NCBI GenBank assembly: GCA_046583315.1
Contig: JAYGCN010000227.1
Coordinates: 1-11,995 of the forward strand
Length of the DNA stretch: 11,995 nucleotides
Origin: Candidatus Hydrogenedentota bacterium
Lineage (GTDB): Bacteria; Hydrogenedentota; Hydrogenedentia; Hydrogenedentales; GCA-2746185
Direction: 5' to 3'
Of this stretch, positions 1 through 7,510 are shown one piece after another; the first letter of the stretch is position 1; each line of letters begins with the position of its first letter. The notes below the pieces were generated by a model. It saw only the letters and a program-made list of their open reading frames with translations, was not told the DNA's origin and ran no database searches. The position numbers were made by a program, and so were the translations under genes.

Positions 1-1
1 A

Positions 2-1054
2 CACCGCCTGCGGAATCAGGTTGATGGTGTCCTGAAATAAAACCATTTCCACCAGCGCGAACACTCCCACCAATACCCCCGCCAAACGCATCGTTGCCCG
101 CTCGTTGACGATCAATACGGAGCGAATCGTGGCCTGCGCACCCGGAATGCCGCCAACCAACGCGACGAGTCCGCCCGCGACACCTTGTGCGACGAGTTCC
201 TTGTTCGGTTTGGTGGATTCGCCGGTCATCTTGTCCACAACCAACGATGTGAGCAAGGTGTCAAGATACGCGAGAAACGCAAGTTGCAAGGCAAAGGGAA
301 ACGCAAATCGCAGCACTTCACTAGACCAATTTGTTGGCCAGTGCGCGGCAACGAGATCGCTAAAATCCCCGGGGCTCTTCAGGCTGGACGTCAACTGTAC
401 GCGTTCCACATCCAGGCCGAGCACATAGGCTATCGCCGTTGCGATGATGAGTGTCAGAATCGTTGCCGAAAGCAGACTTTGGAATTTTGGAAGGAAACGA
501 CGCGTGAATTTAGGAATCGTGAAGATGATGACCAAGCTTCCCGCGAACAACAGAATGTTCTGAGTATACGAACCTTCGAATCGCGTCTGCCCACCCCAGC
601 CAAATAGTTTCTTGAACTGATCCACCCAGATGATAATCGCGATGCCGTTCATGAATCCTGACACGACTACGTTGGGCACATAAGCAGCGAATTTACCCAG
701 ACGCAATACGGCAAATACAAGGATAAGCGCGGCCATCATCATGATTGTGATGTTCACGGCGTGGTCCGGCGAAACGTCGGGCAATTCAGTCGAAAACCGT
801 TCGTAGGCCTTCGCCACTAGAACCGCGGTCACCGCAGTCATCGGACCCGTTGGTCCCGAGCATTGAACCCGTGTGCCACCGAGCAGAGCAGTCACCGTGG
901 CAATCAATCCCGCCGAAATCATGCCTGCAAACGCGCCGCGTCCCGACAACAGCCCAAAAGCCGCGCCCAGACTGATCGCCACAAAACTCACGGTTAATCC
1001 CGCGAGGATGTTCTCGAGGAGTTCTTGTTTGGATGTTCGCTCGACTGATGACAT
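2..1054 (-). CDS. SulP/SLC26 family inorganic anion (sulfate/bicarbonate) transporter, 3' end outside window
   Basis: Manually translated from ATG at 1054: MSSVERTSKQELLENILAGLTVSFVAISLGAAFG...GGTRVQCSGPTGPMTAV...RLGKFAAYVPNVVVSGFMNGIAIII...AYLDTLLTSLVVDKMTGESTKPNKELVAQG...GGIPGAQATIRS...IPQAV. The frame stays open to the window edge. AGLTV, SGPTG, P-x-x-VVSGFMNGIA and NKELVAQG are SulP hallmarks. Confidence 0.93.
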   Translation of the reverse strand, partial: MSSVERTSKQELLENILAGLTVSFVAISLGAAFGLLSGRGAFAGMISAGLIATVTALLGGTRVQCSGPTGPMTAVTAVLVAKAYERFSTELPDVSPDHAVNITIMMMAALILVFAVLRLGKFAAYVPNVVVSGFMNGIAIIIWVDQFKKLFGWGGQTRFEGSYTQNILLFAGSLVIIFTIPKFTRRFLPKFQSLLSATILTLIIATAIAYVLGLDVERVQLTSSLKSPGDFSDLVAAHWPTNWSSEVLRFAFPFALQLAFLAYLDTLLTSLVVDKMTGESTKPNKELVAQGVAGGLVALVGGIPGAQATIRSVLIVNERATMRLAGVLVGVFALVEMVLFQDTINLIPQAV

Positions 1055-1131
1055 AGACCTGCCCTGTGCAATAGCATTGGGGAATTAGAGGAGTAGCGTG
1101 GAATCGCACCTCATGCAACGAATAAACAGGC

Positions 1132-1168
1132 TTCATTATAATGAACCAGACCAGATCATCACAATGAT
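1132..1168. promoter_or_regulatory. Two TCAT-N4-ATGA inverted repeats in the divergent intergenic region (candidate operator and/or bidirectional -10)
   Basis: TTCATTATAATGAA (1132-1145) is a perfect 14-bp palindrome with TATAAT on both strands; ATCATCACAATGAT (1155-1168) repeats the same half-sites. Confidence 0.45.
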
Positions 1169-1291
1169 TGGGGAATATTGGGGTAAATTCGTCTAGCGAC
1201 AGTGAATTTCAACTGACCGCGCAACCATTTGCTTGCTGGGCCAGTCATATCCTCGTATTTTGTAAATGATGACTAAATTTGGAGGAAATTC

Positions 1292-2842
1292 ATGCGTGCT
1301 CTTGCCTTGACCTTGACTACGGTGGCGTGTATAGCTACGACGAATGTTGCGTCTGCTGCGGCCCCGAAAAAACCGACCTTTAATGAACATGTCGCACCGA
1401 TATTCTATAAGAATTGCGTCAATTGCCATCGGGCGGGTGATATTACGCCGATGTCGCTGATTACCTATAAAGAAGTGCGGCCCTGGGCGAAGTCGATTCT
1501 CAAGGCGGTCGAGAGTGGTGTGATGCCGCCCTGGCACGCCGATGAGGGGATCGGCCATTTTTCGAATGAACGTCGACTCAGCGACGACGAAAGAGACACG
1601 ATTGTCAACTGGGTGAATAAGGGTGCCAAGCAGGGTAAGCCGGAAGATTTACCCACGGCACCCACGTTTGACGATGATGGCTGGCGTCTGGGTGAGCCGG
1701 ATCTGGTCATCACATTCGACGAGGTTGATCTTGACGCGGGCGGTCCCGATCAATTTTATGATCTGGAAGCATCTACGGGATTGACAGAAGACACTTGGCT
1801 TCAATCGGTTGAAGTGCAGCCGAGCAACCGCAAGGTAGCGCACCACGTTATTATTTGGCAGCAGGGAAACGCCGATCAGCAGCGCGGCTGGGTCGGCGCA
1901 TGGGCAGCAGGTATGGAGCCGATGCGATTTCCCGACAACACGGGGCGTCTGCTAACCGCTGGAAGCAGTCTCGTCGCGGATATGCACTACCACCCGATCG
2001 ACACGGCGCAGACGGATCAAACATCGATTGGTCTCTACTTTGCCGAGGACAATAAGGTTGAAAAAGAACTGGTTAACCTCTGGGTGCAAAACCCGAATTT
2101 CAAGATACCGGCCGGCAATCCAAACTTCGCCGCGCGCGCGACCTATACCTTTCTTCAAGACAGTTACGTGATCAACCTGTTGCCGCACTTGCACTACCGT
2201 GGGAAAGACTTTAATTACACCGCGCGTTTTCCGGACGGACGCAAGGAAAAATTGCTGAGTGTCAGTAAGTATGACTTTAACTGGCGGACGTCGTATGAAC
2301 TCGAAGAGCCGCTGTTCGTGCCCAAAGGAACGCGTATCGACTGCATTGCTCATTGGGACAATTCTGCCGACAATCCCAACAATCCTGATCCGACCAAGGA
2401 TGTGACCTTCGGCAACGAGTCCTACGACGAGATGATGATCGGATTCATTGACTACGTGGTAAAAGACGGGATCAGCCCGCCATCCGCGAGCGAATTGTTT
2501 GAAGTGTACGCCCAAAACCTGGCTGAACGGTATCCCGGTGAGGTCTATTATACGAATGTATACGACGAGGCCGACGACAGCGTGCAATACACGGTGTCCT
2601 ATCTTCCAACGGCATCGGATACCGGCGTGCTTCACCTCAATGCGAATGGGACGTTTCTTGAGGCGACTATCACGGAGTTGTCTTGGGAGGGTGGACGCTT
2701 TGAAGCCGTCGTAAATGTCGTCGGTCAGATCTATGATTTTTCCGGAGACATCGAACCGACCACGGGAAAACTTACCGGGATCATTGTCGACAGGGGCAAC
2801 GCCGAGAATGGCGGATCCGTTCGCGGAGGTCGTGTGGAATAG
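1292..2842 (+). CDS. Secreted cytochrome c-containing copper type II (PHM/DBH-like) monooxygenase family protein
   Basis: GGAGGA RBS at 1281-1286; signal peptide ending near ASA-AA; heme motif C42-V-N-C45-H46 with MPPW (M78); copper ligand set H184/H185 (VAHHV), H232 (MHY), H299/H301 (PHLHYRGK), M381 (DEMM); extra C-terminal domain of about 120 aa. Confidence 0.85.
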   Translation: MRALALTLTTVACIATTNVASAAAPKKPTFNEHVAPIFYKNCVNCHRAGDITPMSLITYKEVRPWAKSILKAVESGVMPPWHADEGIGHFSNERRLSDDERDTIVNWVNKGAKQGKPEDLPTAPTFDDDGWRLGEPDLVITFDEVDLDAGGPDQFYDLEASTGLTEDTWLQSVEVQPSNRKVAHHVIIWQQGNADQQRGWVGAWAAGMEPMRFPDNTGRLLTAGSSLVADMHYHPIDTAQTDQTSIGLYFAEDNKVEKELVNLWVQNPNFKIPAGNPNFAARATYTFLQDSYVINLLPHLHYRGKDFNYTARFPDGRKEKLLSVSKYDFNWRTSYELEEPLFVPKGTRIDCIAHWDNSADNPNNPDPTKDVTFGNESYDEMMIGFIDYVVKDGISPPSASELFEVYAQNLAERYPGEVYYTNVYDEADDSVQYTVSYLPTASDTGVLHLNANGTFLEATITELSWEGGRFEAVVNVVGQIYDFSGDIEPTTGKLTGIIVDRGNAENGGSVRGGRVE

Positions 2843-3002
2843 GTCACCGACTTCGCATCACTGATCAAAACTGCAAGTTCCTCTGGAGACAGGCGAAATC
2901 GATATCGATAAAAAATTGCATCCTTAGGTGTGCCTCGCCAATAATAGGTTACGTCGTCGCGATTCAGTCTTGAACCGATATCTGATTTGGGAGGCAGCCC
3001 CA

Positions 3003-4772
3003 GTGCGAAGACCCAGGATCGATGAAGTCCTGAAATCAGCCAGTCTCCCGTGGGTAGCCATCGCGATTGCCCTGCTTTTGACACTGCCATCCCTTGGACT
3101 GGGATTTATGGCTGACGATTATATGCAGCGTGCCGTGTTTCTGCAGCCGGAGCCACTCGATGGACTGTTTGGCGAACCCTTCACAGATTTATTTACTTTC
3201 GCCGATGGTGATCCTGAACGTATGCACGAAATGGTCGACCTTGGAATTTATCCGTGGATGACAAATCCCGATCTGCGCGTCAGTTTCTGGTGACCTCTGG
3301 CTGTCGCGACGCATTGGGTGGATTATGTGCTCTGGCCGGATAGCTCGTTCATGATGCACGTCCATAATTTGTTGTGGTTTACGCTTATGGTTGCATCGGC
3401 AGGATTCTATTATCGGAAAATTATGGGTGCGGGCATGGTGGCAGGGCTTGCCGCTATTTTATTCGCCATTGATGATGCGCACGCGTGGCCTGCCGGGTGG
3501 ATTGCGAATCGTAACGCGCTGATCGCCATGACGCTGTGCCTGCTTGCGCTTATGATGCATCATCGTTGGCGAGAGAATCGAAATCTGTGGGCGGCGGCCC
3601 TTGGCGTTACGTTATATGGGGCCTCACTTTTCGCTAAAGAGAGTACTGTGGCCATTTTCGGTTATCTTGTGGCCTATGCTTTTTTCCTGGACAACGGAAA
3701 AGCTATTCGTCGACTAATCACACTCGTTCCCTATATGGTAGTCACGATACTTTGGCGCATGGTATATGTCTCGCTCGATTTTGGCGCGGAAGCTTCGGGC
3801 GGATACATTGATCCACTGGGTGCGCCGTTGCAGTTTGCGAAAACAGCGCTGTATCGCATCCCGATCCTGCTTCAGGGACAATGGGTTTTCGCACCGGTGG
3901 ACATTTTGCTTTTTGCGCCGCCCTGGTTGCGCAACGTGATGACGATCTCGGCGTGGACGGTTATGCTGATGCTCGCGACCATACTTTACCCGCTGCTAAA
4001 ACGTAATCGCGTTGCACGGTTCTGGTGTCTGGGCATGTGTCTGGCGACCGTGCCACTCGCGGCCGCTTCTCCTCAGGACCGGTTGCTGCTGTTTCCAGGA
4101 TTGGGCGCGATGGGGCTCCTTGCTCAGCTGCTCGTCGCGCTGAAGTCCGGTGATTATGTTGATGCCAACAGAATAGTGCCGCGCAAATTGCTTGCCCCGA
4201 TTCGATACGCGTTGGTTGCCATCCATCTCGTGATCGCGCCGATTCTGCTACCGTTGACCATCGTTGCATTGGGGTTTATGATGGGCAATATTGATCGCAA
4301 CGTACGGGTTTCGCTTCTATCTGACGAAAGTATCGTCGATAAAACACTTATATTGGCGAACGGGGCGAATTACCCGGTCGGTTCCTACCTTTATATCATT
4401 CGAGGCCTGGAAGGTCAGCCGACGCCGAAGTACCTGCGAAGTTTTGCGCTCCCGACTATGGCTGCAGTTCCCATGGACATTACGCGTGTCGACGAACTTA
4501 CTGTCACCGTGCGGCCTGAGGGCGGGTATCCCTGGTCACTGTTCCGTACCGAAGAAAAACCCTTTGCGCCGGGCGACACGCATACCTTGACGGGCATGAT
4601 GGTCGAGGTCACACAATTGTCGGAGGGCGGTTGGCCCTCAGAACTGGCCTGCCGCTTCGAAAAATCGTTGGACGATCCATCGTACCTGTGGTATCGCATA
4701 AATGGTTTCGATTACGAGCCGATGCCCGTGCCTGCAATCGGTGAAACCGTCCGACTCGAAATATTCGAATAA
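3003..4772 (+). pseudogene. GT-C-fold polytopic membrane glycosyltransferase-like gene (TMTC/PMT-like), interrupted by one in-frame TGA at 3291-3293
   Basis: ORFs 2928-3293 and 3318-4772 share a frame and read through as ...LRVSFW*PLAVATHWVDYVLWP... Likely start is GTG 3003 (GGAGG at 2990-2994). First TM helix followed by the acidic ADDY motif, then H-x-x-NLL, W-I-A-N-R and AKES motifs and many TM segments. The join resembles the family F/Y-x-RPL motif. Confidence 0.75.
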
Positions 4773-4789
4773 TTCCTGCGCATGAAACG

Positions 4790-4827
4790 AAAAGGCCGAC
4801 AGCCCGGTTGCCCAGGCTGTCGGCTTT
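4790..4827 (-). terminator. Rho-independent terminator between convergent genes, best formed on the minus strand
   Basis: Stem GCCGACAGCC (4795-4804)/GGCTGTCGGC (4815-4824). On the minus strand it reads GCCGACAGCCTGG-GCAA-CCGGGCTGTCGGC-CTTTTCGTTT (GNRA loop plus U-rich tail); short T run on the plus strand. Confidence 0.8.
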
Positions 4828-4851
4828 GAAATCTGTCGTTAGCCAATCCAG

Positions 4852-6966
4852 CTATATCGCGAATACCCAGATGGCGGCTCCTGCTTTGGGAGACGCAGGT
4901 GCATTTGGCGCGATGGCCCGGTATGGCCCCACAAGCGAGCCGATATGGATGTTCGATATGCCCACGACCACCGCCACGTATTGTTTCTCGCCGATACGGT
5001 AGGTGATGAGACTCGAAGAGGGAAGATCGTCGAGTTTGGCCTGCCACAGCAGTTTGCCGGTCGCATCGTCGAAGGCTTTGAGCGAGGGCTCGATATCTCC
5101 AGCAAAAATCAATCCGCCACCGGTGGCCAGTATTCCCGTCGATATGGGCGCGACTTGATTATGCTCCCACGCCAAGGTGTGATTCTTCACGTCCATCGCC
5201 TGGAGACGCGCCAGCATTCCGTCGTCGGCGTCCGGGTGTTCAATGGTTGTGATGCCGACACCCGAGGTGAGCAGTTGCATGCCCGATTTACCCAGGCGCA
5301 TGCACCATTCCATGATAGGCACATACACGAATTTAGTCTGAGGGCTGTACGCCGTTGGGGGCCAGCTTCTGCCGCCTGCAGCATTGGGGCAAACATCGCA
5401 CGGGCGATCGGGATCGGGCCACTTTCCAGGATCAATGGTTTTCGTGCCGGTCTCGGGGTCAACGTCAGTGACTACGTTTTGCGTCTCGGCATCGATCGAA
5501 AAGAGATATTCTCCCGTAGCGGCATCGAGCGCATCGAGCAAGGCCATCTTACCCATGTTCATGACAACTTTTCTGTCCTTGCCGTCGACCTTCAAGTTCA
5601 CGATCTGGCGTTCGAATGCCCAGTCGAGATCCCATTGGTCATTCACCATGTGCTGATAATGCCATACGAGTTTTCCGGTGTCGCCATCAAGGGCGACCGT
5701 GCAATTCGTGAACAGCGCCTCACTGCTGATGCCTTCCTTATTGACCGAATGCACCAGCGGGCCGGTATCGTAGGTGGGCGCCACACCGAGGTAAATCAGA
5801 TTCAATTCTGGATCGTAGGTGTATTGGTGCCAGACGGATCCGCCGCTGCGTTTTTCCAGCGGAACATCATTCCAGGTATTGCCTCCAGGTTCACCGGGTC
5901 GCGCGATGGTGTTGAAGCGCCACATTTCTTCACCGGTGTCGAGGTTCAATGCGAAGAGAAATCCGCCTTTGGGGACGAAACTCGCCGTAACGCCCTGGAT
6001 AACGGTGTTTCCGACAACCATCGGCGCACTGCGCAGTGAATAGCCACCGCCACGGCTGCCTTTCGGTGTGTCTGCTTTGAGGGTGTGGTCCCAGATCACT
6101 TCGCCGGTCTTGGCGTTCAACGCGACCACATGTTGATCCGAGGTGGGTACCAGTACTTTATTACCGTGCAAGGCGATGCCTGTTTTCGTCGTGGAGCGTT
6201 TGACTTCTTTGCGCTGATAGCGCCACAGGACCTGACCGTTTGAAGCGTCCATTGCGAGTACGGTGTCCGGGAAGGTGTGTACGTACATGACGCCCTCATG
6301 AACCAGCGGCACCGTCATGCTTGTGCCGCTGCGTATACGCGCGCGCCATGCGGGGGTCAAGCTACCGATGTTATCCTTGTTAATGATGTCGAGTGAACTA
6401 TAGCTTGTCCCGTCGTAACCGCCTCCCCATTGCAACCAGTCGTCGGGGGAGTCTTTGACGAGCAGATCGTTCGTGACCGGGGAGAGATTGGCCAGCAATT
6501 GTTTTTGTTCTGCCGTAGGCGTAACCGGCGTATCGGGATCATAATTGACACCCGGAAGCCCTGGAATTTTTACTTTGCGTTGTGCACCCAGATCCGATGG
6601 CAACGACTTGTCGCCGGCGGGAAAGCCATTGGACATCAGAATAAAGGCTTCGAGGTTGGTATAGATTTCGTCGCCCAACTTGCCCGAAGTCTCGGCGGGC
6701 TCGGGAGGCATTCGGTGAATATGAAACGCGAGTATATCGGCTGACTTGGCGCGCCACATCATGTCAAATCGTTCACCCGTGAGTGCTGGCGAGAGATGAA
6801 CTCCTTCCAGTTTCGGGCCGTGACAGGTAACGCAATGTTCGCGATAGGCTTTTCGACCTTCCGCGGCCTGCTCCTTCGTGAAATCCTGTGCGAGACTGAC
6901 CGATTGCCACTGACTCATCAGAACGAGTAAAACCCAGAATATTCCTGTACGCCGTAACCCTGCCAT
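4852..6966 (-). CDS. Secreted PQQ-binding beta-propeller dehydrogenase with N-terminal cytochrome c domain
   Basis: Start reassigned to ATG 6966 (AAGGAG RBS upstream). Signal peptide; CVTCH heme motif with PALTG and RMPP; PQQ-family motifs DWLQWGG...YSSLDIINKDN, repeated A-x-D/N-x-x-T/N-G-x-x-x-W Trp-docking motifs, GGSVW, YDPELNLIYLG, DQWDLD, GG-x-x-W, ATGGGLIF, YRIGEKQYVAV. Confidence 0.92.
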   Translation of the reverse strand: MAGLRRTGIFWVLLVLMSQWQSVSLAQDFTKEQAAEGRKAYREHCVTCHGPKLEGVHLSPALTGERFDMMWRAKSADILAFHIHRMPPEPAETSGKLGDEIYTNLEAFILMSNGFPAGDKSLPSDLGAQRKVKIPGLPGVNYDPDTPVTPTAEQKQLLANLSPVTNDLLVKDSPDDWLQWGGGYDGTSYSSLDIINKDNIGSLTPAWRARIRSGTSMTVPLVHEGVMYVHTFPDTVLAMDASNGQVLWRYQRKEVKRSTTKTGIALHGNKVLVPTSDQHVVALNAKTGEVIWDHTLKADTPKGSRGGGYSLRSAPMVVGNTVIQGVTASFVPKGGFLFALNLDTGEEMWRFNTIARPGEPGGNTWNDVPLEKRSGGSVWHQYTYDPELNLIYLGVAPTYDTGPLVHSVNKEGISSEALFTNCTVALDGDTGKLVWHYQHMVNDQWDLDWAFERQIVNLKVDGKDRKVVMNMGKMALLDALDAATGEYLFSIDAETQNVVTDVDPETGTKTIDPGKWPDPDRPCDVCPNAAGGRSWPPTAYSPQTKFVYVPIMEWCMRLGKSGMQLLTSGVGITTIEHPDADDGMLARLQAMDVKNHTLAWEHNQVAPISTGILATGGGLIFAGDIEPSLKAFDDATGKLLWQAKLDDLPSSSLITYRIGEKQYVAVVVGISNIHIGSLVGPYRAIAPNAPASPKAGAAIWVFAI

Positions 6967-7113
6967 TTCCGATCTCCTTGTGGTGCTTAATGAATACAAT
7001 CAGGCAATTATCCTACTGAACAGGGATCGGGAATGTCCACAGGGTAGCTCGAGAGGTGACACAGGTTTTGGCAAAATGTCGAAATTCGATGGGAATCAAC
7101 CGATGCCTGATAC

Positions 7114-7149
7114 AAAAAAGACCAACAGCACATCGCTAAGCTGTTGGCC
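7114..7149 (-). terminator. Rho-independent terminator just downstream of the tRNA fragment
   Basis: Minus strand GGCCAACAGC-TTAGCGATGT-GCTGTTGGTC-TTTTTT, starting 14 nt after the CCA end. Confidence 0.8.
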
Positions 7150-7163
7150 CAAAGGGATTTAGA

Positions 7164-7213
7164 TGGCGTACCGGGAGGGATTCGAAGTCCCGACCTCCTG
7201 GTCCGTAGACCAG
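7164..7213 (-). pseudogene. 3' half of tRNA-Arg(ACG), truncated and decayed; probable island attachment (att) site
   Basis: Minus strand CTGGT-CTACGGA-CCAGG-AGGTC-GGGAC-TTCGAAT-CCCTC-CCGGTAC-G-CCA: anticodon loop with ACG, variable loop, T loop, acceptor 3' strand and CCA at canonical spacing. No D arm or acceptor 5' strand upstream, and two mismatches in the T stem. Confidence 0.85.
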
Positions 7214-7220
7214 TAAATAG

Positions 7221-7323
7221 AAATGTCACGAAACGCCAGAGACAGCCCATCACTGCCAGACGAACAACTTACCTTCAAACTTGAAGCGTAACAGAACGCC
7301 ACGAAGTGCCATAAAATGACACT
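7221..7323 (+). repeat. Two clusters of degenerate 10-bp tandem repeats next to the tRNA fragment
   Basis: AAATGTCACG/AAACGCCAGA/GACAGCCCAT/CACTGCCAGA (7221-7260) and GAACGCCACG/AAGTGCCATA/AAATGACACT (7294-7323); core roughly A-a-Y-G-c-C-A. Confidence 0.55.
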
Positions 7324-7428
7324 GAATTCTGAAAAGTGTTATAGGAAATGTTAACCCTTCGAAATCGTCAGTACAAATCTATCGCAATTCGACAACAAAT
7401 TCCGGAGTCCGTATCTGAGGCGAATAAA

Positions 7429-7457
7429 TTGACCCTGCGGACACATGGTACTATAGG
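7429..7457 (+). promoter_or_regulatory. Candidate sigma70-type promoter for the TRAP-smo operon
   Basis: Extended -10-like TGGTACTAT (7446-7454) and TTGACC (7429-7434). Spacing is imperfect: 14 nt to TACTAT, 17 nt to TATAGG. Confidence 0.3.
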
Positions 7458-7510
7458 CACTTCGTTGGCTTTGAGGTGTACGGAATTATTTTTGCTTTGG
7501 AAAGGTTTTG

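Noticed and set aside
105..1136. ORFs 105-428, 185-607, 786-1136 and 873-1088
   Set aside because: All overlap the real SulP frame, which the ORF track missed because it has no stop in the window.
1952..2635. 227-aa minus-strand ORF
   Set aside because: Antisense shadow of the copper monooxygenase gene.
3291..3330. Selenocysteine or TGA recoding (code 4/25) at the in-frame TGA
   Set aside because: The motif context predicts Arg rather than Cys, Trp or Gly. I see no convincing SECIS hairpin (only a short GTCGCGAC palindrome), and TGA acts as a stop for dctQ (8027-8029) and dctP (10344-10346).
5386..5400. CDVCP in the PQQ protein as a second heme site
   Set aside because: CxxC is followed by Pro, not His, and it lies in the CP...GG-x-x-W propeller segment.
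4945..6039. 364-aa plus-strand ORF
   Set aside because: Antisense shadow of the PQQ dehydrogenase, with no recognisable motifs.
7164..7240. Intact functional tRNA-Arg gene
   Set aside because: No D arm or acceptor 5' strand, the anticodon stem is out of register, and the T stem has two mismatches.
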